A stretch of 63,937 nucleotides of DNA, counting the filler, from Octopus bimaculoides (lineage: Eukaryota): the NCBI RefSeq assembly GCF_001194135.2. It is 3 parts of 3 records of this genome, joined end to end, with 100 filler letters (N's around TTAATTAATTAA, not from the genome) between each part and the next. Parts side by side here need not be neighbours in the genome. Positions count along the whole stretch, not along the records: positions 29,757 to 51,197 come from NC_068997.1; positions 51,298 to 63,937 come from NC_068987.1; 1 more part is not named here. One strand, written 5' to 3'. The notes below the pieces were generated by a model. That model worked only from the letters and a program-made list of their open reading frames with translations, ran no database searches and had not been told where the DNA came from. A program made the position numbers and the translations under genes. Each line of letters opens with the position of its first letter. Within the stretch, counting starts at the first letter, position 1. Shown piece by piece: positions 38,617-51,727 of the stretch.

Positions 38617-38989
38617 TTAAACAGATGTCAAACAGATCTGTTCTTACCACCAAGCTACTAGGAGGACTAGGAAACGGGTGCTCTTTTGACATTGACATAA
38701 AATGTTCCTTTTAGGGGACCCTCATTTTATTTTATTTTAATTTTTCTTTTTGCTCCATTGCTTGAAGGGACTGCTGCAAAGTAAAAGGTGGTAAAAGGAG
38801 AGGAAAATGAACGGGGAGGACAAAGACCTACAAGGTAAAATAGAAATAAGCGAAAGTACGATACAAACGAGTTCATTCTCAGTCATATAAACGCTATGAC
38901 GTCAGTTATAAGAGTAAATGCTTTGCTTTATCACCAATAAAATGGCAGATTTCCCCAATATTGGATAGATATAAGAAATTCATATTTAC

Positions 38990-39263
38990 TTCCTTCTCTT
39001 TACACACACAAACACACACACACACACACACATCTACTCACATATATTTGTGTATATGTGTATGCATATACATACATACATGCATACGTATATATATATA
39101 TATATATNNNNNNNNNNNNNNNNNNNNNNNNNNNNNNNNNNNNNNNNNNNNNNNNNNNNNNNNNNNNNNNNNNNNNNNNNNNNNNNNNNNNNNNNNNNNN
39201 NNNNNNNNNNNNNNNNNNNNNNNNNNNNNNNNNNNNNNNNNNNNNNNNNNNNNNNNTATATAT

Positions 39264-39306
<43 letters not shown>

Positions 39307-39307
39307 T

Positions 39308-39343
<36 letters not shown>

Positions 39344-40014
39344 CATGCATTCCTGTATGTATATGTAGATAAGTGTATACATATATATATATATATAGAG
39401 AGAGAGAGACAGAGACATATGCATACATATGCATATATGTTTGTGTGTGTGTATGTCTGTATGCATATTTATATACATACATATGCACACAAATTTATAT
39501 AAAAAATGCATACACATACACACTTATATTCATATGTATGCGTGCATGTGCTGCATTTTGTATATAAATCAATGCACGTATGTATGTATATGAATGAATG
39601 TATGTGTGTGCATATATGTAGGCATAAACATGAATACAGACACGTACGTATGTAGATGTATGTACATCCTCAATAAAAAAAAAGAAAAACGTTCTCGTAA
39701 TATTTTTTCAATTCCTGATTAACCATTGCTAATTGAGTCTTAAAAGAAAAAGGGGAAAAATAAAAGAGAGTGAGAGAGAGAGAAAAAAAATGTGAAAACA
39801 AGTTTCTAAAGTATAGTGATAGCAATATGAAGGAAGAAAGCGGGAGAAAAAAAAGCGATAATTGACTAGACACAATTGATAGTGACTTGCTTTACTGCTA
39901 TTAATGATGTAATAGCTTAACGCAGCCTCGTCGCACACACAAACAGGAGCACATAAATGTATAAGAGCGTATGTGTGTGTGTGTGTGTGTGTATTTCAGT
40001 GTGTGAGTGTGTGA

Positions 40015-40048
<34 letters not shown>

Positions 40049-40996
40049 ATATATATATATATNNNNNNNNNNNNNNNNNNNNNNNNNNNNNNNNNNNNNN
40101 NNNNNNNNNNNNNNNNNNNNNNNNNNNNNNNNNNNNNNNNNNNNNNNNNNNNNNNNNNNNNNNNNNNNNNNNNNNNNNNNNNNNNNNNNNNNNNNNNNNN
40201 NNNNNNNNNNNNNNNNNNNNNNNNNNNNNNNNNNNNNNNNNNNNNNNNNNNNNNNNNNNNNNNNNNNNNNNNNNNNNNNNNNNNNNNNNNNNNNNNNNNN
40301 NNNNNNNNNNNNNNNNNNNNNNNNNNNNNNNNNNNNNNNNNNNNNNNNNNNNNNNNNNNNNNNNNNNNNNNNNNNNNNNNNNNNNNNNNNNNNNNNNNNN
40401 NNNNNNNNNNNNNNNNNNNNNNNNNNNNNNNNNNNNNNNNNNNNNNNNNNNNNNNNNNNNNNNNNNNNNNNNNNNNNNNNNNNNNNNNNNNNNNNNNNNN
40501 NNNNNNNNNNNNNNNNNNNNNNNNNNNNNNNNNNNNNNNNNNNNNNNNNNNNNNNNNNNNNNNNNNNNNNNNNNNNNNNNNNNNNNNNNNNNNNNNNNNN
40601 NNNNNNNNNNNNNNNNNNNNNNNNNNNNNNNNNNNNNNNNNNNNNNNNNNNNNNNNNNNNNNNNNNNNNNNNNNNNNNNNNNNNNNNNNNNNNNNNNNNN
40701 NNNNNNNNNNNNNNNNNNNNNNNNNNNNNNNNNNNNNNNNNNNNNNNNNNNNNNNNNNNNNNNNNNNNNNNNNNNNNNNNNNNNNNNNNNNNNNNNNNNN
40801 NNNNNNNNNNNNNNNNNNNNNNNNNNNNNNNNNNNNNNNNNNNNNNNNNNNNNNNNNNNNNNNNNNNNNNNNNNNNNNNNNNNNNNNNNNNNNNNNNNNN
40901 NNNNNNNNNNNNNNNNNNNNNNNNNNNNNNNNNNNNNNNNNNNNNNNNNNNNNNNNNNNNNNNNNNNNNNNNNNNNNNNNNNNNNNNNNNNNNNNN

Positions 40997-41028
<32 letters not shown>

Positions 41029-41290
41029 TCTGAGAGTATGTGCACACGTTTGCTTATAATCAGATACATTTATGTACATGTCTAGAGTATGCGCATTTTC
41101 TGCGAATACACCTATAAAATCGTGAGTGTTTGTGTATACATGTATAGGTGTATATATGTGTGTCTATGTGTGATCGTATATGTATGTATATTGTATAGAA
41201 TCATCTCCGTAGTGTGTGTATGTGTGTGTGTGTTTCTGTGTGTGTGTGTCTGTGTATGTGTATGTGTGTGTGTGTGTATGTGTTAATTAT
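38990..41290. repeat. Microsatellite-rich block ((CA)n, (TA)n, (TAGA)n, (TG)n) around two N gaps
   Basis: Directly visible. Confidence 0.9.
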
Positions 41291-42074
41291 CGAATTATTA
41301 GTAATATATTGTACGGGGTCCCCGTGTTCGAGAGAAATGAACCGAAGGCGGATCTCCCTCATGGCCTTGGTCACGATGATTAAAACAAAGTAAAGAACAA
41401 AAAGCCCAATAAATATAAACATTTACACATTAAAGATTGGTAGATTTCAATTTTCGCTGACGTGTATGATAGAATAGTAAATAAATACGTTAACGTGTAG
41501 AAAATAAATTGAAAGGATTCTCTTCATAATATGTTATTGAATTCAAATTTCTAACTATTGATTAACCTTCGATCTACAATTGATTTTATCTCGTCTTCAT
41601 ACCATGAGCGTATATTCATTTTGGAAAAATTCTTGTGAAATTCCTCATTCACTGTTTAATCTCTTAATTCTCAGTTTAACTTGCTTTTTTTATTATTATT
41701 ATTAATCTTCTTTTGTGTGACACTCATTGATATTTCTTGAACCTTGTTACTGAGAAAGTGCACAATATAAGAAATCCTTAATCTATCTCATCATATCGTG
41801 AATAAGCTAATTAGAAAAATATCTGTAAATATTCTTTTTCCAATTGGGCGTACTGTTCCCATTTCAAAACTTTATCTTGTGAAGCGTTCCGTTGAAAGTA
41901 AGCAAATCTGCATCGTATTTTGTCTTATTTTTTCGATACACTGTTCCTATTTTCAGAAAATTATTTTTAGAAAAGACAATTTTGTTCAAGAAGGCAATCA
42001 TACATTTGTTATCTTATGGTTACAATTGCACAGGGTTCGATAATATTAGTTTTACCGCTATAATTCTTTCTAAT

Positions 42075-42180
42075 TTTGGTACCAGGTCAGCAATTTTGAA
42101 CTCAGAACGTAAAGAGCCGGAAGAAATGCTATCAAGCATGTTGTGCCAGGCGGTAATGGTTCCACCAGCTCGTCACCTTG
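42075..42180 (-). mobile_element. Group B SINE with internal deletion
   Basis: On minus, head ..CTTTACGTTCTGAGTTCAAAATT is joined directly to tail GCTGACCTGGTACCAAAATT. Confidence 0.65.
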
Positions 42181-43234
42181 TTTTCCCACTATAATGTTGC
42201 AAATGACAATCTATAAATGACAAATCTATTTTCAGTGACATTGATCACATCAGGAAATAGCAGCATACACGACTTAAAAGCAACATGATTCATATTGCTA
42301 CAACAACCATCTTACTTGCTTTTTATAACTTAGGAGTCTTTCGATTTATTGAAGCCAAACTGTGCTAAGGTGTAATTACGTCTCGGCATTCAATGTTGAA
42401 ATCTAATTGGCAATTCACTACCCTTTAAAATGTGTTCCTACAGGTATGAATATGTCATAATAATTCAGTAACATAAACCATTCATTCCACAGCTGATAAC
42501 AGCTGGCTTTTACCTTTCATCACTATTGTAGAAGTTTAGCAAACGTCAAACAATGTTTGACGAAAGCACTGATGAGAGTCAAACAAAGGAAGACACGATG
42601 CGGGTTGACTGATGTTATTACTAGAAATGTGACTGGAGGCGTGGTGGCAGTGTTATGTTTAAGATTAGTTAATGTTTCTCTTTGATATACCATTTTAAAA
42701 TGTTATACTTTAATACGCAATGTATTGAGACTGTAGTACCATCGACAAGAAAAACTAAAATTGTATTGCCTTCTAGTCTACCTCATGACTTTTTCTGGCA
42801 ACACACCAGTAATATCGATCAATATTATATACTCATAGCTATAATATTTCTCTTGAATTTCTTTTGCTTTTGTTTTTATTAATGTAGTTATTATTGATAA
42901 ATGTTAACGACCTTCTACATAGTATTTAATAGTGGCCTATAATCTGTTATGGCTTTATGGCTTTTATGTCAGCCTTTCAAGGATTCATGCTAGGAATATT
43001 TATTAATCTACCAGCAATTTTTCACAGTCCTGGTTGTTTGATTTCTCAGTCCTTCATTGTAATGATATTTCCATACCTTCTTTCGGTATTAGTTTTCAAT
43101 ATTTTAGAGGTTTATTTTTTTTCAGTGGGTAGTTGTTAAAAAAGGAGTCGAGTGTGTGGAAGAATTTTGAATGGCGTAGGGGAGTTGTGCCACTTAACTC
43201 TCTGAGTTCAAATCTCGTCCAAGGTCAACTTAGG

Positions 43235-43849
43235 TCGGCGACCTGACAGGATTGTTAGTATGCCAGGCCAAATGCTTAGCGACATTTCGTCCGTCTTTAC
43301 TTTCTGAGTTCAAATTCAACCGAGATCAACTTTGCCTTTCATCCATTCGGGGTCAATGAAATAAGTACCAGTTGAGCACAAGAGTCGATGTAATCGTCTT
43401 ACCTCCTCCCCGAAAATATTGGCTTTGTGCCAAATTTTGTAACCAATTTTTATAGATTTCTTTTTTTTTTTTTGTCTCAATGCATTGGAACCTCATTGTT
43501 AAATATCTCCCTCCTTGCTATTTTTAACAATATCCGTTTCTCACTTTTTTGTATGGTGTTCGTTATACTGCTTATTTCATATTTCAAATAATTTTGTTTC
43601 TTATCCTTTGGTCCAGCATCTTATATAAAATTCTCTTCATTCGGTTTGTCTGATTTGTGACAGTTATAAAGTCTTTTTATAATATTCATCCTCTCGGGTT
43701 TTCCTGAAAGTTCCCACGCTCTATATATTGTGATNNNNNNNNNNNNNNNNNNNNNNNNNNNNNNNNNNNNNNNNNNNNNNNNNNNNNNNNNNNNNNNNNN
43801 NNNNNNNNNNNNNNNNNNNNNNNNNNNNNNNNNNNNNNNNNNNNNNNNN

Positions 43850-43886
<37 letters not shown>

Positions 43887-45060
43887 TATGTGCTTGAATG
43901 TGTGCATTCCTGTTTTTAAGAGTTTGTACTTTTATAGTTTGTGAAATTTTTGCATAACTTGTAGACTTCAATGGGATATCCATCCGATTGAAGTCTACAA
44001 GCGATTTGTTTATGCATCCAGTGTGTTACAATTATTGAATTTCATTAACTTAGCTCGCATAAGTACTACTTTATTATGCTGCTGGTGTTAGACGATGAGC
44101 TGGACAAAATACTTCGCAGCGTCTCGTCAATCTCCATGTTCTGAGTTCAAATTCCTTCGAGGTTGACATTGCTTTCTATTTTTGGGGGTCGATAAAATAA
44201 GTACCAGCCGCGCACTGGAGTTCCTTTAATGGACCAAGCCCTTCCCCACAATATCTCAGGCTTTGTGCCTATAGCAAGATAAGGTTATGATTGCTGGTAT
44301 TTTGAATGGGAAGCTGTATATTTATTAATATATATTCATTACATAGTTTGTGCATATTTATTCAATATAATTATATCTATCACTGCAACGTGTATTGTAT
44401 CAGATGTTCATTCCTTTCAAACATTACAGTTGTCTTAGAGTGTAGAATGTTGCGTTCTGTTTTAAAAATCTCGCATATCTGTACATTTTGATTCTATAAA
44501 CGAATCTCATTGAAGTTTACAGTATTCAGAACTTCTCCAGCTTCTATGATTCTTTTGTCTTCTTTCTTGTTTGCTTTCAGAAACAAAGAGTTGCCGATAT
44601 TTCTAACAATCTGTTTCATCAGATATCCTTTAGAAAATACGTGTCATGTAGCCTGTTTGGCATTTCGTGCATCTTTAGTTCTGGGTTCAAATTCTGCTGA
44701 GATCAATTTTGCCTTTCATCCTTTCGGGGTCGATAAAATAGTCCTGGGTGAACGCAGGAATCGATTTGATCGACCAAGTCTCTCGCCACGAACTTACTTG
44801 CCTTGTGCCAAGTTTTGAAATCAATATTATATTCATTTGTAAGCCAGTAAGCTAGCAGAATTGTTATCACGCCGGTCAAAATGCTTGGCCGCATTTCGTC
44901 CGTCTTCGCGTTCTGAGTACATATTCTACGGAGGTCAATTTTGCCTTTCATCCTTTCAGGATCGATAAGATAAGTACCAGCTGAACACTGGGGTTAGTGT
45001 AATTAACTTACTCTCTTCCCTGAAGTTACTGGCTTTGTGCTAAAATTTGAAATAAATATT
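43235..45060 (+). mobile_element. Four same-orientation group B SINE copies (about 43235-43445, 44085-44280, 44650-44822, 44845-45060)
   Basis: Repeated TTCTGAGTTCAAATT..GCCTTTCATCC..GGGTCGATAA..TTGTGCC pattern. The last two copies are head-to-tail. Confidence 0.85.
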
Positions 45061-47629
45061 ACGTATATTCATCTGATTTTGATTTGGCCGGGTATCAATG
45101 AGTTTGCTTCGGTTACTCTATATTTTCGGATCCAAATACTACTGGGAAGGATTTCACTTTTCATCCCTTTAACTCATTTATCAGTTTCAGCATATAACTG
45201 TATCTATTTTATCGATTCCGTGACATCCGTGCATCCAATGAAGTATACATACATAAAGAGATCGATAGAAAATAGTTATATACAAGCATCGATTCGTTCC
45301 CCTATATAAATGTCCCTACAGCCTTTAAGCTCTTGTTGATGTGATTACTATGATTTAAGTAGATAATCATTAATGAATTTCTGTTCAGTTAGTCCGTTCC
45401 GATGGCCTCTGATCGATAAATGCCAGTAATATATTGCATTTCGTTGAATCGATTTTACCTCACCTTAGAAGAATAAGTCTAGCTGTTGTTCATATTCATC
45501 TCTGAGTAGATAAGACTACGATAACCAGATTTTTAGACGTAGCCTATGTACAATCTCTCCTTCTTTGTTTAAAAGAGCGGTGAGGCGATCCGAGGGAGAG
45601 TCTTGGCGAGTCGAGCAACTGCTTAAAGGATCCATCATTTGTGTAATACTTAAACCAAAGTGTAACAGATGACAACTATAGGTTTCGCAGTGAATATAAA
45701 TAAATAAAGAGAGATTCATTTTCCTTCCAGATCAATGACCAATCATAATGTTTAGTGTGAATTGACTTTGACAGGAATAGAGTAAACTGATACTTGACGT
45801 TCGCACACAGTCGCATGTCAGCCATGACAAAGTAATTAGCAACACTAATGCATGACAGTTACAACAAAGCAGAATAATTGTTGAAGTCTATCTAGTGACT
45901 ACATATGATAATAAACACGAAGAATGGTCTATAATCGGGTAACACGCTTCCTGCAGAGATTGCTAACTGAAAGAGATAGAAAGTCGAAGCACGTATAATT
46001 AACAGAAACATAATGATGGCTGCAGAGAATGGGGGAAGCAGAGAGTAAAACATCGCGTAGATTTTTCACACATTTGTATAATGATAGAGTTATGTTTGTT
46101 TAAATATGTACAATTTCTTAATTCCTATGTACTTATTCACCCTGCTTTGCCACACATATCAAAGCGCACGCACGCACGCACACACACACACACACGCATA
46201 TACACTCGCAAATACGTACACTGGAAATTTCAAGATCATATGTGTTCACATGTACATAATTGTGTGTTTATGTCCAAGTAGACGTATGTGTATATTACTT
46301 TCTTATTAAATTCTTTGAATTCTTCTCATAAAAGGGGAGCAAATTTTCAAAAAAGAAACAAAGTTCCAACTTTCTAATATGGTTAACAACAAAAGTATAG
46401 AGTTGCATCTTGAATTTTAGAAAAACCTTTCATATTTTAGATGTTCTTTACAGATTGAATTCGTAAAATACATGTTTTATATATAATACGTTTCAGATAC
46501 ATAATACATGTTAAAAAATCTTATCTTTTCCAGATTGTTGCTTAATTATAACCTTTGATAATATAACCAAAATTATAACTCTTAATAATATAACTAAATG
46601 CTCCAGTGATAATGGATACTCATATAACTTTATAATTTGGGGTGATTAGATATTGACTTTTAAGCAGAGTATTATAAACGGGTTTTGTTTTTTGTTGTTT
46701 TTTTTCTGGTTTAAAAAGAATTATTTACATCTGAAAGGAGATATTCAGATGGAGTCTGTTAATATCACAATTTATGTAGACAAATCCATTTGGTTCCGAA
46801 CCTTGCAGGTTTAATAGTTATAGAACAGATCTGGTAAGTGTAGCACTTGTTTGTGTGGAACAGGTGTGGAAGAGAAACCATTCATATTCATGCTTTGTTT
46901 CGTTATGTTTGTCGTTTAGAAAACAGTTTTTTTTAATGTTCAAATATAAGATTATGAACGATTGAGACCATATTCCATCTTTGTATCAGTTGTAATAAAA
47001 TCCATCTGTATCAATATTAAAGATATTTGATGCATAGATCGATCTTATAATAATCATCAAAACATTAAGATTTACATTTGTGTTTCTTAGTCATGCAAAT
47101 CCTACCAAAAAACGATGTTTTTGTGACTGAAGGAACCAAAATAAGCAAAAGACAGATTGTCGTCTTGGAATATTCTTTCAAATGATTTACACCTCAGACA
47201 TTTTCAGACATGTGTTTCATAAGTGCTTGAATGACGACAGTTATGGTAGACCATAGATACCTTCACAAAAGGCAGTGAATTCAGCAACTATGAGTGAAAT
47301 ATAGAGACCCCCACCGACTTTTTGGTAAACAAGCCTTACTATCAAAGGATTTGTTGCTTTATTTATTTTATTCAGTGAAAAGAATTCAGTATTTCCCAAA
47401 GAATCTTCCTTGATGTGACGAGCAGTTTCCTCTGTCAGTTTGACCGATCAGAGTTTTTGTTTTTAGATCTGCTCTTGATTAACTTTCCATAGACGCTGCC
47501 TATTTTGTACTTAAAGTTTTGTCTTCTCCTGATGACTTCTCGCAGCCTTACTAAATGTTTTCAAGTGGTTAGTATAAATTTTATTGCCATTCTATGTATC
47601 TAGGTTTACAGAGCGGCGTATATATGCAT

Positions 47630-47815
47630 ATGTGAATCGTTGGCGATTTTTTTTCCCTCCGTCTTCCTTTTCTATTGGACTTTCCTCTGTTTCTGAAGCA
47701 AAGCTTTGCTCAAAACGTTAAACCATCTTTCTTTCCTTCCCTGAGCGTCTGCTAATACTTTACATGTACCACGTCCTCGTGCTGTTGTTTTTGTTTGTTC
47801 TTCGTTTTTTATTAT
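47630..47815 (+). mobile_element. Short pyrimidine-rich element with a minimal hammerhead-like core (47689-47724)
   Basis: GTTT-CTGAAGC-A-AAGC-TTT-GCTC-AAAA-CGT-T-AAAC. Helix I GTTT/AAAC is perfect, helix III is the palindrome AACGTT, and both core boxes carry one substitution. Confidence 0.5.
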
Positions 47816-47816
47816 T

Positions 47817-47866
<50 letters not shown>

Positions 47867-48049
47867 GTTAGGATGGAATTAATCAATAATTAATACATCG
47901 CTACGCACGTTTCAACAAATTACAGTATCCTTGGGATTAGTACAGTATCGTCCGCATTATCCGTGGGCATCCGGTTGATCATCATCATTGATTCATTTCA
48001 GCAGACGATACAGTTAGATTGGATGAATTACAGAGGGATGTTTATCCCT

Positions 48050-48134
48050 TCTTGCCAGTATGAAGGCCGGGGGCTCGCCAGAATAAATAGTAATTTAGGA
48101 GATCCATAGATAAAAAAATTGTTGAGAACCCCTG
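48050..48134. mobile_element. Possible hAT (Charlie-type) terminal fragment
   Basis: Ends in TTGAGAACCCCTG, the reverse complement of the CAGGGGTTCTCAA-type hAT TIR. No partner TIR seen. Confidence 0.4.
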
Positions 48135-48604
48135 GCTTAGACGATTATAGTAAGGAAGTTGCATGATGACATAGAAAGCAATAGTCTAAGGGTTAATCGA
48201 AATTTGATTTACTATGTAAATCTATTCTTATCCTTTTTAACACATTCATTAGCTTGCTCATTACATGAAATATTTTTACCAACTTATGTACCAATATATA
48301 TAATATTTTCAGTATTATGCGTAAAGAAAAGGCAGAGAAAACGTTTTCTACTTGATGAAGCATTAGATGATGAAAATAAATGCATACCTTTGAAATATGC
48401 CATCGTTTTTGGGGATTGGCAAATCCCCCATGTAAGAAAAACTTTGGGGACAATAGTTAGTTTCATGTTCCGAAACAAATAGTTGTGGGTATCTGAAAAC
48501 GCTCTCAAATTATGTGCGTCTCACTAAATGCCTGAATTTCTTCGCGTATCTGTGTGGGTATGTGGATGTAAGTATACGTCTATGAACGTATACAGATACA
48601 GTTT

Positions 48605-48730
48605 TTCTTTTCTTTTTTACTTGTTTCAGTCATTAGACTACGACCATGCTGGCGCATCACCTTGAAGGGTTTAGTCGAACAAATGAATGTTATATTTATA
48701 TATTTGCATACATACACACGCACGCACACA

Positions 48731-48766
<36 letters not shown>

Positions 48767-48770
48767 NNNN
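48605..48770 (-). mobile_element. SINE group A tail fragment running into (CA)n
   Basis: TTTTACTTGTTTCAGTCATTAGACTACGACCATGCTGGCG..TAGTCGAACAAAT. Confidence 0.7.
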
Positions 48771-48779
48771 NNNNNNCAC

Positions 48780-48810
<31 letters not shown>

Positions 48811-50079
48811 GAGAGAGAGAGAGAGGGTGAAAGAGTGAGAGAAGGAGGGACGGCTGGAGGTGGGGAGGGGGTGAGAGAGCTAGCTGACTAGCTAGCTAAA
48901 TAGATAATCATTACCTCGTATCTCTTTTTGCATTTATGTTTACATATGTGTATATACGTGTATATACATGCACATATGTATATATTTGTTTGTAGTTGTA
49001 TGTGTATGTATAAACGACATACACGGCAGAACATGTGAATAAATTAATGGAGTGGGAAGAATGCCTAAACAAACAAAATAACCAAACGAAAGATGAGATT
49101 TAGAGAATTCTTAAGAATCTGAAGAAATCATTGCTTGAGATTTTCAAGACTATGAAAGTACTTCCATAAATTGCTGCTACGAAACTGATTAAAACGAAAA
49201 TAACTTAATGAAGTCTTCGGTATCTTCTGCGATCTCAACTGTAACAGGAAAGGTTCCGTATAACATTAAAACTTAAACATCACAACTCAACCCTTGGGTG
49301 CACTATTTTAGTGGAGGGCATTCTGTGACAATCATTGGCACCTGTTCTTCAGATTGAGTATGTTTCGCTATTATTTCTTTGTTTTGGTTTTGGCTTATCC
49401 TTGTGTTGTGTCAGTACTTGGGTCCATTTATTGCTGTTGTTGTTGTTGTTTAAACCCAAGTGCTGTTCTATTCATAGAAATTAAGATTGAAAGACGTGCC
49501 TAAACATCACCATGCTCTTCTATTTTTGCATTTGTTTTACTTTCTCATTTTTCTTTCCGGAGTGTGTGTCCAGAAACGTTTGCTTTGATATTTACTTCAT
49601 TTTTATTTAGATGCAAACATATAATTTGTTTCAGGTTCTGCGACCTCTTAGAGGTTGCCTGTTTATTATAGGATGCAGGTAGAAGTGGTTCTCTAGCAAA
49701 GACCTCGACGTGAGACACAGCTAGAGATCAGCTGTGTGAGGAATGTGTCTGGAGCCTGTCCTAATTGCTGTAAGATTCGTCCGTTGTCTCTAATCTTGTT
49801 GGATTGTTTACATGTTTTGATGTAGAGGTTAACAGCAACCTGAGAGTACTTCATTTTTTTTTTTACCAAACTAATCTCGAAGTCCTTTTTTTTTTCGACT
49901 TTTTTTCGCTGGTTTTTTTTTCAACTTTGATTGCATCATAAGACAAAGAAATTTGAAATGATGGGTGGAGAAATCTTGGAAAATTTGTAAAGTGAGAAAT
50001 CAAGACGAAACACCATGCGACAAACGAATTAGAGGTTGGGGGAACCTAGGGAAGTTTATAAACAACGACGTCATCGAAA

Positions 50080-50795
50080 CAAACAAAGACAATAACAGTG
50101 GGACAACAACACAGCAGTGATAATTATAAGAATAATAATAATAATAATAATAACAACAACAACATGTACAACAGTAGCGAATAGAAGAAGAGCAATAATT
50201 GCAACAATAGCAGTAACAATAGGTACAATAACAAAGTAGAGCAGAGACAATAGCTTCAACACACCTATAACAACAATAGCAACAACAATAACGGCTACAA
50301 TTACAAAGCCTAAGAAACAACAATAAGTATTAAAGTGGTAAAACAATAGGATGTAATGACAAGAGGAATCAAAGATTTTTAAAAGCTCAGAACAATTCAG
50401 TGAAAATGAGAGGCTGAGTAGCCGTAAGTGATTTGCAGAGGTTTCCACAAGAGAAAAACAGAACGAGATCCTCCCGCCAAACCCTCACTAAATTCACACG
50501 TACGTAGACAATAGGGATTATATGTGATTGCAAAGCAATGAGAAGGCACCGACAATGTTCTCAACCATTCTCGTCGTTATTCTTAGAGACGTTCTTCTTA
50601 TTGTTGTTGATGCCGCTGCTACTACTGCAACTGTGAATTCTGTCATTGTCATCGTCAGGGTTGTTCTTGTTGTTGTTGTTGTTGTGTTGTCATCGTCATT
50701 GTTCATATAGATGCCATTGCTACTCCTGCTGGTGTCCTTATCGTTGTTGACGTACTTTCTGCCTTTGCCGCCATTGTTGTTGTTATTGCACTCGT

Positions 50796-50877
<82 letters not shown>

Positions 50878-51197
50878 TTTACGCTTCTGATACAGTTGTT
50901 ATCTTCGTTGCTGTTGTTGTTGTTGTTTTAGTTGATGATGTTGTTGTTGTGGTTGCTGAGATTGTCCTTCCTATTGTTATTTCAGTCGGTGGAGCCGCAG
51001 TCGTTGATACTGTTGGCGTTGTTGATTTTGATAGGCGATAGCACTACCACCGCTGTCATTGCTCTACTTGTTATTGTTACAGCTGACAAGTCGATGCTAT
51101 TGTTGTTGTTGTTGTTGGTGTTGGTGTTGTTGTTGCTGGTGGTGGTGGTAGTGGTGGTGGTAGTGGTGATGGTGGTGGTGGTGGTGGTGGTGGTGGT
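50080..51197. repeat. Large compound trinucleotide block: (AAC/AAT)n, then (GTT)n, (GTC)n, (GGT)n
   Basis: Directly visible. The polarity switches around 50450-50580. Confidence 0.9.
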
Positions 51198-51297
51198 NNN
51201 NNNNNNNNNNNNNNNNNNNNNNNNNNNNNNNNNNNNNNNNNTTAATTAATTAANNNNNNNNNNNNNNNNNNNNNNNNNNNNNNNNNNNNNNNNNNNN
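51198..51297. other. Artificial scaffold-join linker (44 N + TTAATTAATTAA + 44 N)
   Basis: Identical to 29657-29756. Confidence 0.9.
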
Positions 51298-51439
51298 CGT
51301 CTACCAAATCCACTCACAAGGCTAAGGTTGGCTCAAGGCTATGGTAGAAGACAGTTGCCCAGGGTGCCATGCAGTGGGACTGAACCGAGAACCATGTGGT
51401 TGGGAAGCAAGCTTCTTATCACACAGCCACGCAAGCACC

Positions 51440-51481
<42 letters not shown>

Positions 51482-51661
51482 TGAAGGTGTAACTTGAAGG
51501 TAAGAAGCTTGCTTCACAACAACTACATAGTCCAGGGTTCAGTTCCACTGCACAGCATCTTGGGCCAGTGTCTTCTGCTATAGCCTTGGACCAACCAAAA
51601 CCACAAAGCATCATGAATGGATCTAGTAGACAGAAACAGCAAGAAGCCCGAAATATGCATG

Positions 51662-51727
<66 letters not shown>

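Noticed and set aside
42544-42584. GTTTGAC-GAAA-GCA-CTGATGA-GA-GTCAAAC, resembling a permuted hammerhead, plus an adjacent CGTCAAACA/TGTTTGACG hairpin
   Set aside because: Only 3 nt lie between the boxes, leaving no room for helices I and III, so it cannot fold as a hammerhead in cis.
24060-45060. Tandem repeat-spacer-like arrays of ~210-bp units as CRISPR or satellite
   Set aside because: The units are diverged tRNA-headed SINEs in eukaryotic DNA, with no cas genes and no short constant repeats.
47900-47955. Minus-strand CGGACGA...GAAACGTGCGTA motif
   Set aside because: The first box is mutated and the intervening sequence is a direct repeat rather than a stem.
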